NCBI GenBank assembly: GCA_038329965.1
Contig: JBBQNN010000004.1
Coordinates: 30,037-94,036, forward strand
Source: Mycobacteriales bacterium
Lineage (GTDB): Bacteria > Actinomycetota > Actinomycetes > Mycobacteriales > QHCA01
DNA length: 64,000 bases
Direction of reading: 5' to 3'
Shown here: in pieces, positions 41,499-50,958 of the stretch
How the letters are laid out: each line of letters opens with the position of its first letter
How positions within the stretch are numbered: position 1 is the first letter of the stretch
Notes under the pieces: model-generated
Seen by the model: the letters and a program-made list of their open reading frames with translations, nothing else
Told to the model about the DNA's origin: nothing
Database searches by the model: none
Position numbers and translations under genes: made by a program

Positions 41499-42646
41499 CG
41501 GTCCACCTCTGCGGAGCGGTCCGACCCGGTATGCCGGCTCAACCCGGTATAGCGGCGCAGTTGCGCGGCACGTACGGCGACCGTCTGGGCCTGCACCTGG
41601 TGGAACAGCGCCTCGCGGGCCCAGCGCTGTGCCGGCGCGCTGCGCAGCATGGCACCGCCGGCCTGGGTGACCACCAGGGCGGCGCTGGCCCGGACCGTCA
41701 GCTCGCACGCGGCCGCCCGCAGCCGGAGCCGCTCGTCGATCGCCTCGTCGGCCGGCACCTCGTCCATCAGGCGGTAGGCGGCCGACCGCAGCGCACCGCC
41801 CTCGGCATCGAGCAGTTCGGCCAGCTCGGCAGCCTCGGCCGACCCCCGGTGCTGCGCGGTCTGCTCCAGCTCGGTGACGACGGCGCGGAGCAGGCCGAAC
41901 ACCGGCGCGGTGACGTTGCTCGTCTTCGCCGTGTCGGCGGCCAGCCAGGGCTCGCGCGGCAGGACGCCGACCACCCGGTCGGCGCCCAGCCGCAGGCCGG
42001 ACAGCCGCACCGACGCGGTGTGCGTACCGCCCATAGCCGCCAGCTCCAGCTCCGGACCGGCGACCAGGCCAGGCTGGTCCCGGGCGTCGACGAGGAAGAA
42101 CACCAGCTCGTCGCCGGCCTCGCCGCTCACACCGACGGCCTGCGCGACGAGCAGGAACACGTCGGCGACACCCCACCCGGTGAGCCACTTGACGGAGCCG
42201 TCGACCGTCCAGCCGTCACCGGCCGGCCGCGCCCGGACCACCGGCGGGCCGGGGCGGCGGACATGGGCGAAGGCGACGCCCGCGAGCAGGTCCCCGGTCG
42301 CCAGGGCCGGCAGGTAGGCCTCCCGGAGCGCCTGGTTGGCCGAACGCTCGACCGTCGCCAGCGGCAGGCTGTGCTGGGCGACGACGAACCACGTCGTGCC
42401 GCACGCCCCGCTGAGGATCTCGGCCACGGTGCGGGCGACGGCCCGTGGTAGACCGGCCGCGGTCTCCGAAGAGCCGGCCGCCGTGATCAGGCCGGCCTTG
42501 CGTACCGCGTCGATATGCGAGGCGGGCACCCCGTGCAGGTCGACCTCCTGCGCGGCGGGGACGAGCAGGCCGGCGGCGAGCTCCTCGGCCCGGCAGACTG
42601 CTGGATGCCCGGCCAGCTCCGGAGGGATCGCGAGCTGGGAAGGCAC
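41495..42646 (-). CDS. Acyl-CoA dehydrogenase family flavoprotein
   Basis: 'EILSGACGTTWFVVAQH', 'GWTVDGSVKWLTGWG', 'LAAMGGTHT', 'AQRWAREALF'. Confidence 0.87.
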   Translation of the reverse strand: MPSQLAIPPELAGHPAVCRAEELAAGLLVPAAQEVDLHGVPASHIDAVRKAGLITAAGSSETAAGLPRAVARTVAEILSGACGTTWFVVAQHSLPLATVERSANQALREAYLPALATGDLLAGVAFAHVRRPGPPVVRARPAGDGWTVDGSVKWLTGWGVADVFLLVAQAVGVSGEAGDELVFFLVDARDQPGLVAGPELELAAMGGTHTASVRLSGLRLGADRVVGVLPREPWLAADTAKTSNVTAPVFGLLRAVVTELEQTAQHRGSAEAAELAELLDAEGGALRSAAYRLMDEVPADEAIDERLRLRAAACELTVRASAALVVTQAGGAMLRSAPAQRWAREALFHQVQAQTVAVRAAQLRRYTGLSRHTGSDRSAEVDR

Positions 42647-42656
42647 GCAGTGGAGC

Positions 42657-43382
42657 CTATGCGGACGGCGGGACGGACGGGGGAAGGGGAGGCACGGCCC
42701 CCGGTGGGAGCGGCGGCAGGAGCGGCGGGGGCGCTACGGCGGGAGGCGGGGTCGGGGCCAGGGTCGGAGCCACACTGCCCACACCGCCGCGGGAGCCGAG
42801 CTCGCCGAAGTCGACGGCGACGTTGGCCCGGACGGCCGGGTCGTCGACCTCGAAGTACTCCTCCATCTTGACGCCGAAGCTGTTGGCGATGAGGTTCGAC
42901 GGGAAGGCCTCCACCCGCGTGTTGATCGCCCGGACGTTGGCGTTGTAGTAGCGCCGGCCGGCCGCGATGCGGTCCTCGGTCTCGGCCAGCTGGGCCTGCA
43001 GCGCCATGAAGTTCTGGTTGCTCTTGAGGTCGGGGTAGGCCTCGACGGTGGCGAAGAAGCCGCTCATCGCACGGCCGAGCTGGTTCTCCGCGGCGGCCTG
43101 CTCCGCCGGCCCGGCGTTGGGATTGCGGCGCACCTGCTCGGCGTTGGCGCGGGCCTCGGTGACGGCCGTGAGCACCGTGCGCTCCTGCCCGGCGTAGCCC
43201 TTCACGCTCTCGACCAGGTTGGGGATCAGGTCGTGTCGGCGCTGCAACTCGACGTCGATCTGCCGCCAGGACTCGCGGACCAGGTTGCGCTGCCGGACGA
43301 ACCGGTTGTAGCTCATCACCACGGCGATCACCAGGATCAACACGATCGCGATGACAATGATCAAGATCAGTCCGCCGCCCAC
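42657..43382 (-). CDS. LemA family protein
   Basis: N-terminal TM, 'SYNRFV..RN...W.QIDVELQRRHDLIPNLV', 'EAYPDLKSNQNF', 'RRYYN'. Confidence 0.95.
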   Translation of the reverse strand: MGGGLILIIVIAIVLILVIAVVMSYNRFVRQRNLVRESWRQIDVELQRRHDLIPNLVESVKGYAGQERTVLTAVTEARANAEQVRRNPNAGPAEQAAAENQLGRAMSGFFATVEAYPDLKSNQNFMALQAQLAETEDRIAAGRRYYNANVRAINTRVEAFPSNLIANSFGVKMEEYFEVDDPAVRANVAVDFGELGSRGGVGSVAPTLAPTPPPAVAPPPLLPPLPPGAVPPLPPSVPPSA

Positions 43383-43508
43383 AGCTGCTCCCCGGTTGTC
43401 CTCGGTGCGACCCGCGACCGCGCGTCACCGGGAACGGTATCCGGTCCGGTCCCGCCGCGGGCCGACAGCATGATCTACGCCGAGCCCGAGCCGAGCCCGA
43501 GCCCGCCG

Positions 43509-43590
43509 CCACCAAAGCGACGATTTCCCGGAACTTGCTGCTTTGAGCGCCGCCAAAGCAGCAAGATCCGGGAAGTTGTCGCTTTGGTGG
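43509..43590. repeat. Long intergenic palindrome (37-bp arms, 8-nt loop), REP/MITE-like
   Basis: 43509-43545 vs reverse complement of 43554-43590: 3 mismatches; preceded by GAGCC(C) tandem repeats. Confidence 0.8.
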
Positions 43591-43625
43591 GTGGTCCGGG
43601 TGGCCCCCGGGGTGCACCGGCCAGG

Positions 43626-44765
43626 TCAGCTGTGGATCTGCGCCGACCACTTCTCCTCGATGTGCCCGACACGCCAGATGACCAGCGCGACCACCCAGGT
43701 CGCGACGAACAGCCCGACGATGCCGTACCCAACGACGTTCAGGTTGAGGCCGCCGATGAAGGCGAGCGGGCCGCTGTCGATGCCCAGCTTGTCGGTGGCG
43801 ATGGAGACCAGCTCGACCGTGCCGATGATCAGCGCCACCGCGACGGACAACCCGGTGATCGTGATGTTGTAGTAGACCTTGCGCACCGGCTTGGAGAAGG
43901 CCCAGCCGTACGCGAAATTCATGAAACAGCCGTCGATGGTGTCCAGCAGGCTCATCCCGGCCGCGAACAGGATCGGCAGCGTCAGGATCGCGTACCAGGG
44001 CAGCGCGAACGCCGCCGCCCCACCGGCCAGCAGCAGCAGGCCGACCTCGGTGGCGGTGTCGAAGCCGAGGCCGAACAGCAGGCCGGTCGGGTACATGTGC
44101 CAGGGCTTGGTGACGGCCCTGGTGATGCCGCCGAGCAGGCGGTTCATGAACCCTCGGTTGTTCAGTTGCTTTTCGAGCTCGGCCTCGTCGTACGTCCCGC
44201 GGCGCATCTGCCGGAACACCTTGAGGATCCCGACGAGCACCACCAGGTTGATGATCCCGATCAGGTAGAGGAAGACCCCGGACACGCTGGTGCCGACCAG
44301 GCTGGTCGTCTTCTGCAGCGCGGAGCTGTCGTTGCCCACCTGGCTCGACAAGGCGCGGATGCCGAAGGACACCAGCAGGCACAGGAAGAACACGACCGAG
44401 GAGTGCCCGAGGGAGAACCAGAAGCCGACCGACGTCGGGCGCTTGCCCTCTGCCATCAGCTTGCGGGTGGTGTTGTCGATGGCGGCGATGTGGTCGGCGT
44501 CGAAGGCGTGGCGCATGCCCAGGATGTAGGCCGTGAGGCCCAGGCCGATCCCGAAGACCTGGCCGCCCCCGACGTTGTAGTGGGCCGGCGCGACGATGCC
44601 GATGAGCACGCCCCAGCCCACGACGTGCAGCAGCAGGATGAAGGCCGCCATCCCGCCGATGGACGCCCACTCCGCCGGGCTGAGGGCCGCACGCAGCCGG
44701 TCGACCCGGGACGCGAGCGGGCCGGGCGGGCGTTCCACCTGTGTCGCCGTCCCCACACCTGGCAT
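43626..44765 (-). CDS. HoxN/HupN/NixA (NiCoT) nickel/cobalt permease
   Basis: 'GMRHAFDADHIAAIDNTTRK', 'FSLGHSSVV', 'LFGLGFDTATE'; GGAGG RBS. Confidence 0.96.
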   Translation of the reverse strand: MPGVGTATQVERPPGPLASRVDRLRAALSPAEWASIGGMAAFILLLHVVGWGVLIGIVAPAHYNVGGGQVFGIGLGLTAYILGMRHAFDADHIAAIDNTTRKLMAEGKRPTSVGFWFSLGHSSVVFFLCLLVSFGIRALSSQVGNDSSALQKTTSLVGTSVSGVFLYLIGIINLVVLVGILKVFRQMRRGTYDEAELEKQLNNRGFMNRLLGGITRAVTKPWHMYPTGLLFGLGFDTATEVGLLLLAGGAAAFALPWYAILTLPILFAAGMSLLDTIDGCFMNFAYGWAFSKPVRKVYYNITITGLSVAVALIIGTVELVSIATDKLGIDSGPLAFIGGLNLNVVGYGIVGLFVATWVVALVIWRVGHIEEKWSAQIHS

Positions 44766-44795
44766 GCCTCCAGGTTATGCGGTTGCACCGGCTTA

Positions 44796-44812
44796 TGGCA
44801 AGAGAATGGCAA
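44796..44812 (-). promoter_or_regulatory. Candidate Nur (nickel uptake regulator) box
   Basis: Minus strand TTGCCA-N5-TTGCCA versus Streptomyces Nur consensus tTGCaa-N5-ttGCAA, about 30 bp upstream of NiCoT. Confidence 0.5.
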
Positions 44813-44934
44813 CTGCTAGCAGCATGCAACAGAGCACGGACCGGCCAGAAGTCGTTGACCCCGCGCGTCAGCGGGTATTGAGGCTTGGTCCAAGGCAAAC
44901 GTCATGATCGGCGGGAGGGTGTTCAATCAAGCCC

Positions 44935-45348
44935 ATGATGGGCACCGAGCAGAGCCGGGCCCTTGTCCGCCGGTACTTCGACAGCCTGACCGCCCGCGAT
45001 TGGGACACCTTCGCCGCGGTGCTGGCCGACGACGTCGTGTACGAGATGCCGCAGAGTCGCGAACGCATCACCGGCAAGGAGCGCTACGTCCGCTTCAACC
45101 AGGAGTACCCCGGCGAATGGGAGCTGGCGCTGACCCGGCTCGTGGCCGACGGCGCGACGGCTGCCGCGTCGATCAGCTTCGTCATGGACGGCGAGCATCA
45201 GGTCGGGCTGGCGTTCTTCGAGCTCGCCGACGGGCTGGTCGCGCAGGTGACGGACTTCTGGCCGGAGCCGAACGAGCCGCCGCCCGGCCGGGAGCACCTC
45301 GTCGAGCGGCTGCCCGGCCGTTTGGACCATTTCGGCCCGGGCCGGTGA
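44935..45348 (+). CDS. NTF2-like/SnoaL-like protein
   Basis: 'DWDTFAAVLADDVVYEMPQSRERITG', 'VTDFWPEP'. Confidence 0.88.
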   Translation: MMGTEQSRALVRRYFDSLTARDWDTFAAVLADDVVYEMPQSRERITGKERYVRFNQEYPGEWELALTRLVADGATAAASISFVMDGEHQVGLAFFELADGLVAQVTDFWPEPNEPPPGREHLVERLPGRLDHFGPGR

Positions 45349-45400
45349 TCCGGATCGGGGTGACCCGCTGGTCCGGATGGGCGTCAGCGAGACTGCTCCC

Positions 45401-46342
45401 ATGACAAGCCCGCTCGTCGCTCTCACCGGGGTCACCGGCCACGTCGGCCGGCGCGTGGCGCACCGCCTGGCCGCTGCCGGCGTCCCGCTGCGCCTCGTCG
45501 CCCGCGATCCTGCCAAGGCACCGCCGATCCCCGGTGCGGATATCGCGGCCGCGGCCTACGACGACGGCGACGCGATGCGCCGCGCCCTGACCGGGGCCGG
45601 GGCGGTCCTGTTCGTCTCGGGTCGCGAGGCCGCCGACCGGCTGGAGCACCACCGCCGCGTCGTCGAAGCCGCTGCCAACGCCGGGGTGGAGCGGGTCGTC
45701 TACACGTCTTTCGTCGGCGCCGCCCCGGACGCCACCTTCACCTTCGCCCGCGATCACTTCCACACCGAGAACATGATCCGCGACGCGGGCCTGGGCTTCA
45801 CCTTCCTCCGCGACTCCCTCTACCTGGACTACGTACCGTTCCTGGCCGGGGCCGACGGCGTCATCCGCGGGCCGGCCGGCGACGGGGTGCTCGCTCCGGT
45901 CAGCCGCGACGACGTGGCTGACGTGGCCGCCGCCGTACTCCTCGACCCGGCGGGGCACACCGGGCGGACGTACCAGCTCACCGGGCCCGCGCTGATCAGC
46001 CTCGCGGACGCGGCGGCGGGGTTGTCGCGGGTCACCGGGCGGGAGGTCAGCTACCTCGCCGAGACCCTGGAGGATGCCTATGCCTCCCGGGCTTCCTTGG
46101 GCGCGCCGGACTGGGAGGTCGCCGGCTGGGTGAGCTCCTACGCGGCCATCGCCAGCGGAGAGCTCGCGGTCGTGACCGACGACGTCGAGCGGGTGGCCGG
46201 CCACCCACCCGTCGGGCTCCCGGAGTTCCTGGGCGCTCATCCGGAGAGCTGCCAGCACCTGGCGCCGGCTTCACGTGATGAAATGGGTCATGTGAGCATC
46301 GAGCCAAGCGACGGGCGGAGATCCCCGAGGAGCGCCCGTTGA
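45401..46342 (+). CDS. NmrA-like NAD(P)-binding oxidoreductase
   Basis: 'TGVTGHVG', 'VVYTSF', 'ARDHFHTE', 'VSRDDVA', 'YQLTGP'. Confidence 0.9.
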   Translation: MTSPLVALTGVTGHVGRRVAHRLAAAGVPLRLVARDPAKAPPIPGADIAAAAYDDGDAMRRALTGAGAVLFVSGREAADRLEHHRRVVEAAANAGVERVVYTSFVGAAPDATFTFARDHFHTENMIRDAGLGFTFLRDSLYLDYVPFLAGADGVIRGPAGDGVLAPVSRDDVADVAAAVLLDPAGHTGRTYQLTGPALISLADAAAGLSRVTGREVSYLAETLEDAYASRASLGAPDWEVAGWVSSYAAIASGELAVVTDDVERVAGHPPVGLPEFLGAHPESCQHLAPASRDEMGHVSIEPSDGRRSPRSAR

Positions 46343-46731
46343 GGGTCCTGTCGGCGGTATTCGGCACCATCCTCTTCGTCATCGGCCTCGCGATGCTCAG
46401 CTTCGGCGTCGCCACCACGTTCGGCGCTGCCGGCAACGCGGTGAGTCCGGACGCGGACTGGATCTGCACGCCCAACGGGACGGTGCAGACCTGCCGCTAC
46501 CTCAGCGGCTCCATGCCGCAGACCCAGATCGACGTCACTGCGAGCTTGGCGGTCGTCATCATGGGAGCAGCCCTGGCAGTCTGCGGCACGATCTTCGTGC
46601 TGATCGGGACCAACCGCTCGGCTCAAGTCCGATTGCCGGCCCCGGTTCCGTACGGCCCGCCCTTCACCGGGCAGCCGGGCCAGCCGCCCGGCGCGCCGCC
46701 CGCCCTGCGCCCCTACCCGCCGCAGGGCTGA
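46339..46731 (+). CDS. Hypothetical 2-TM protein with Cys pair and Pro-rich tail
   Basis: Two hydrophobic helices around 'ICTPNGTVQTC'; TTGA overlap with upstream stop. Confidence 0.55.
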   Translation: MRVLSAVFGTILFVIGLAMLSFGVATTFGAAGNAVSPDADWICTPNGTVQTCRYLSGSMPQTQIDVTASLAVVIMGAALAVCGTIFVLIGTNRSAQVRLPAPVPYGPPFTGQPGQPPGAPPALRPYPPQG

Positions 46732-46761
46732 TCCAACGGCGTGCCGGGCAGCACCACCCGG

Positions 46762-48150
46762 CTATGTCGCGGCCAGCGGCACCGCCTGCCGATGGGACCG
46801 GATGACCGTTCGGACCACGACTGCCAGCGCCACGGCGGACAGAGCGGCGAGAGTCACCCCAGCGACGTGCAGGGACGTGAGTGGCCCGAGCAAGGCCACG
46901 CCGAGCGCCGCTCCGGCCTGCCGGGCGGCATTCAGGGCCCCTTGCGCCGATGCGGCATAGTCCGATGGAGCGGCCACCGCCACGTCGGCGGTTGCTGCGG
47001 GGATGGTCGTCGTGCTCGCGAGGACGAGCGCGATCTCGGCCACTACCAGCCATACCAACGGTGAGTTCAGTCCGACACCGGCCAGCAGCAGGCCGGCCAG
47101 GACGTCGCAGGCCAGGCCGAAGACGATCAGCCGCCGCGCGCCGAAGTACGCGACGAGCCGGCCGGTGAAGATCGGCAGCACGCACATCGGCAGGGTCATC
47201 GGGATGAACACCAGCCCGGTGCTCAACGCGCTGAGCCCGCGCTGGCGTTCGTACCAGAGGGTGAGGGTGAACAGCATGCCGTAGAAGACCAGGCTCGCGG
47301 TGGACGCGGCGAGAACGTCGGTACGGACGGCCGGCCTGGCCAGGAGTGCCGGTGGCAGCACCGGGTGCTCGGCCCGCCGTTCGACGCCGACGAGGGCCGC
47401 GAGCGCCGCGACCGCGACGACGAGGGAGGCGATCGGCGCCGGTCGCGCCCAGCCGTTCGTGCCGCCGTCGATGAACCCGAAGGTCAGGCTGCCCAGGGCG
47501 ACGATCGACAGGGCGATGCCGAGCCGATCGAGCGGCCGGATCTTCGGCGGGACGATGTTGGCCACCCCGACCACCAGCAGGAACGACACTGCCGCGATCG
47601 GCGGGTTCACGAGGAAGATCAGTCGCCAGCCACCCGCCGTGACCAGCAGTCCCCCGAGCAACGGACCGGCGAGCAGGCCGCTGCTGGTGATGGCGGCCCA
47701 CGTACCGATCGCTTTCGCGCGTGCCGACGGGTCCGGGTACAGCGACGCGAGCAGGGCCAGCGACGCCGGCACCATCCCGGCGGCCGCCACGCCGAGCAGT
47801 GCCCGGCCGCCGATGAGCAGGCCGACGGTCGGCGCGGCCGCGCAGAGCAGCGACACCACGGCGAAGGAGATCAACGAAGCGCGGTAGAGGCGGCGGGCGC
47901 CGAAGCGGTCCGACACGGCACCCGAGGCGAGCAGCAGGCCGGCGAAGACGATCGTGTACGCGACCGACGTCCAGGGGACCAGGGTGTCGTCGACGTGCAG
48001 GTCACGTTGGATGTCGGGCAGTGCGACATTCAGGATCGACGTGTCCAGCAGGACGAGGAAGTTCCCCGCGCAGATGCCGAGGAAGGCGATGCGCCGCCCT
48101 CGATCAGAGCGATCGGCGGGCACCATGGCCGGCGAGTGTGTCGTCGTCAT
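46762..48150 (-). CDS. MFS drug-efflux-type transporter (DHA2-like)
   Basis: 'LDTSILNVALPDI', 'GAVSDRFGARR', 'GWRLIFLVNPPI', 'LNAARQAGAALGVA'. Confidence 0.92.
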   Translation of the reverse strand: MTTTHSPAMVPADRSDRGRRIAFLGICAGNFLVLLDTSILNVALPDIQRDLHVDDTLVPWTSVAYTIVFAGLLLASGAVSDRFGARRLYRASLISFAVVSLLCAAAPTVGLLIGGRALLGVAAAGMVPASLALLASLYPDPSARAKAIGTWAAITSSGLLAGPLLGGLLVTAGGWRLIFLVNPPIAAVSFLLVVGVANIVPPKIRPLDRLGIALSIVALGSLTFGFIDGGTNGWARPAPIASLVVAVAALAALVGVERRAEHPVLPPALLARPAVRTDVLAASTASLVFYGMLFTLTLWYERQRGLSALSTGLVFIPMTLPMCVLPIFTGRLVAYFGARRLIVFGLACDVLAGLLLAGVGLNSPLVWLVVAEIALVLASTTTIPAATADVAVAAPSDYAASAQGALNAARQAGAALGVALLGPLTSLHVAGVTLAALSAVALAVVVRTVIRSHRQAVPLAAT

Positions 48151-48923
48151 CAGGCACCCACCCCGGAGGGCAGGACGCCCGTGCGCGCCCATTCGGTCAA
48201 CGGGTCCGCAGCCTCCACCCCGACGTACTCGATCCGATTCCCGAACGGGTCGGGCGCGGTGATCATCGAGAACGGCGCGCTGTGCTCGTCCATCCGGAAG
48301 GCGGCTTCGACCCCCGGGCCCTCGGTCTTGAGCCACTCCCACCGCGACGCCATGTCCGGCTCCCAGTACGCGTGGTAGAGGATCTGCCCGCACTTGTCCG
48401 CCGAGATGATGCCGTCGCCGGATGCCTGGATGAGCTCCAGGTAGGGCGGTTCGGTACGGGAGAGGACGGCGGTCAGCTCGAACGGGTGCGGGTCGGGGTC
48501 CTCGAGCCGCGGGATGGCGAACACTCCGGGCTCGGTGAAGGCGATCCCGTACGTGTCGGCGTAGTACCCGACCGCCTGGTCGAGATCCGGCACGACGATC
48601 CCGGTGTGGAAGAAGGTCGCCGCCGCGGCCGAGGGAAACGCGTCGGAAAATCGGACCACCTTGGGCGGCTCGACCAGGCAGGCCACGAGCTGCGGGATGA
48701 ACTCCGCGAGATAACTGGACCCGCAGTGCTGGGCGAAGGCGACCTCGTCGCGATAGGTCTCGATCACCAGCCGCCGCGACCTGTCGGCGTTGTCCACGAC
48801 GTAGTCGAAGCGGGTGCAGCCCGGCTCATGCCGTGAGACATCGGCCATGAGGCGCGCCATCAGGGCGTCGACCTGCGCCTCCTTGCCGGGCAGGACGTGC
48901 TGTTCGGCCGTAAGGGTGATCAT
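48150..48923 (-). CDS. ABM-monooxygenase-like + VOC/glyoxalase fusion protein
   Basis: N-half 'PGKE...EPGCTRF...ETYRDEVAFAQH'; C-half 'FHTGIVVPDLDQA...YLELIQ...HAYW...RIEYV'. Confidence 0.8.
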   Translation of the reverse strand: MITLTAEQHVLPGKEAQVDALMARLMADVSRHEPGCTRFDYVVDNADRSRRLVIETYRDEVAFAQHCGSSYLAEFIPQLVACLVEPPKVVRFSDAFPSAAAATFFHTGIVVPDLDQAVGYYADTYGIAFTEPGVFAIPRLEDPDPHPFELTAVLSRTEPPYLELIQASGDGIISADKCGQILYHAYWEPDMASRWEWLKTEGPGVEAAFRMDEHSAPFSMITAPDPFGNRIEYVGVEAADPLTEWARTGVLPSGVGA

Positions 48924-49963
48924 GTGGTCTCCACGTATGGCGTCATCGCGGTCGCGTCGGCCGGCGATCCTTCGGGGCTGGGACGCGTCGTCGCAGGGAC
49001 GGCGAACGAGCGCCGGTCCCCGGCCCAACCAGCAGGGGGGACGACCTGCTCGAGGCGCTGGAGGTCGACCGGACCGAGGTGGACGTCGCCGGCGGCGATG
49101 TTCTCCGCGATCCGCTCCACCCGCCGCGTCCCGGGAATCGGGACGATGTCAGTCCCCTGGGCGAGCAGCCAGGCCAACGCGAGCTGACCGGGCGTGATCC
49201 CGAGGCTCACGGCAACCTGCTGCAGCCGGGCGACCTGGGCGAGGTTCCGGGTGAGGTTGTCACCCTGGAAGCGGGGGTCGACCCGCCGGAACTCACTCGA
49301 GTCGATACCGTCCCGCCCGAGTGCCGCGGTGAGGATGCCGCGCCCCAGCGGGCTGTACGGAACGAGCCCCACACCCAGCCGGCGCGCCGCCGGAACGAGT
49401 TCGAGCTCGGGCTCCCGCCACAGCATCGACCACTCGAACTGCACCGCGGCAATGGGGTGCACGGAGACGGCCGCCTCGAGCTGGTCGACGGTGACCTCCG
49501 AGACCCCGAGTTGGCGGACCTTGCCGTCGTGGACGAGTTCGGCCATGGCACCCACGGTTTCGACGATGGGCACCTCGGGGTCGACCCGGTGCAGGTAGTA
49601 GAGGTCGATGACGTCACGACCGAGCCGCGCCAGCGACGCATCGCAGTAGGAGCGGACACCCTCGGGCCTGCCGTCCAGATGCACGCCCTGCTCGCCGCGA
49701 ACGATTCCGAACTTGGTGGCCACCTGAACGTGGTCCGCGAGGATGCCGGATCCGGCGAGTACCTGGCCGACGACCCGTTCGTTGTGCCCCTGCCCGTAGC
49801 TCATCGCCGTGTCGAGCATGGTCACGCCGAGCTCGATCGCCCGGCGTATCGACGCGGCGGACTCCGCATCGTCGGCCGGGCCGTAGCCCTGCGAGAACCC
49901 CATGCACCCCAAACCCAGGGCCGAGGTCACGAGTCCGCCGTTGCCGAGCTGTCGTCGCTGCAT
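48920..49963 (-). CDS. Aldo/keto reductase
   Basis: 'SALGLGCMG', 'LDTAMSYG', 'ATKFG', 'DLYYLHRVD', 'YSPLGRG', 'PIPGT'; alternative GTG start at 49972. Confidence 0.94.
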   Translation of the reverse strand: MQRRQLGNGGLVTSALGLGCMGFSQGYGPADDAESAASIRRAIELGVTMLDTAMSYGQGHNERVVGQVLAGSGILADHVQVATKFGIVRGEQGVHLDGRPEGVRSYCDASLARLGRDVIDLYYLHRVDPEVPIVETVGAMAELVHDGKVRQLGVSEVTVDQLEAAVSVHPIAAVQFEWSMLWREPELELVPAARRLGVGLVPYSPLGRGILTAALGRDGIDSSEFRRVDPRFQGDNLTRNLAQVARLQQVAVSLGITPGQLALAWLLAQGTDIVPIPGTRRVERIAENIAAGDVHLGPVDLQRLEQVVPPAGWAGDRRSFAVPATTRPSPEGSPADATAMTPYVETT

Positions 49964-50017
49964 GGGCACCACGGTGACCGATCTCCTTCAATAAGTCCAA
50001 GACCCACTTGTGCTCGG

Positions 50018-50040
50018 ATTCATCGCAGATGATTATGAAT
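50018..50040. promoter_or_regulatory. LysR-type operator (T-N11-A dyad)
   Basis: ATTCAT-N11-ATGAAT between the divergent AKR and LysR genes. Confidence 0.65.
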
Positions 50041-50042
50041 GG

Positions 50043-50948
50043 ATGGAACTGCGGCAACTCGTCTACTTCGACGCCGTGGTGCGCCACGGCGGGTTCACCC
50101 GGGCCGCCGAGCAGGTGCACGTCGCCCAGCCGGCGATCTCCGCCCAGATCCAGCGCCTCGAGACCGAGCTCGGGGCCGTGCTGCTGCAGCGAAGCACCCG
50201 CAAGGTGTCGTTGACCCATGCCGGCGAGCTGTTCTGGGCACGGGCCCAGCGGGTGCTGGAGGAATTGGCGGCCGCGCGCGCCGACCTGGAAGAGCTGGCG
50301 GCCGTGGCGCGCGGACGGGTGTGCATCGGCGCCACCCAGGTCCTCGGGTCACTGGACCTGCCATCGACGATGGCCGGGTTCCGCAAGCGCTTTCCCGGCA
50401 TCGCGCTCACGCTTCGCTCAGGGCTCGTCGACGACCTGCTGGACCTGCTCGACAAGGGCAAGGTCGACATGGTGCTCGGACCAGTCCACGCGGACATGGC
50501 CACCCGGTTCTCCGCCCACCCGCTCGTCGAGGAGAGCCTGGTCCTGATCGGCCCGCCCGGCCGGCGCCTGATCGACGGCAAGTCGGGCCTGCTCGCGGCC
50601 GCGTGTGACGAATGGTTCGTCTGCCTGCCGCCCGGCAGCGGCCTGCACTCGATCCTCACCAATGCCGCCGCCGCCGAAGGCTTCGTCCCGCGGATCGAGT
50701 TCGAGACCTACAGTCCGGCCAGCATCCGCGAGCTTGTCTCCGCGGGCCTGGGCGTCGCACTGCTGGCCGGCTCGGCGGTGCGCGCCCCGGGCCCCCCTGT
50801 CGACACCCATCCACTGACGACCGCCCCGCGGCACCCGGCCATCAACGTGATCACCCTCAGCAGCCGCAAGCTCGCGCCGGCGCCGCGCGCCTTTCACACC
50901 TACCTCCGCCGGTCGCTGCCACACGGACCCGGCGTCGACGGCCCGTGA
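50043..50948 (+). CDS. LysR family transcriptional regulator
   Basis: 'MELRQLVYF..V...GGFTRAAEQVHVAQPAISAQIQRLETELG'. Confidence 0.96.
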   Translation: MELRQLVYFDAVVRHGGFTRAAEQVHVAQPAISAQIQRLETELGAVLLQRSTRKVSLTHAGELFWARAQRVLEELAAARADLEELAAVARGRVCIGATQVLGSLDLPSTMAGFRKRFPGIALTLRSGLVDDLLDLLDKGKVDMVLGPVHADMATRFSAHPLVEESLVLIGPPGRRLIDGKSGLLAAACDEWFVCLPPGSGLHSILTNAAAAEGFVPRIEFETYSPASIRELVSAGLGVALLAGSAVRAPGPPVDTHPLTTAPRHPAINVITLSSRKLAPAPRAFHTYLRRSLPHGPGVDGP

Positions 50949-50958
50949 GCCGGCGGGA

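Noticed and set aside
44766-44934. Cobalamin or NiCo riboswitch upstream of NiCoT
   Set aside because: No B12-box-like sequence seen; the gap is short and partly occupied by a repeat
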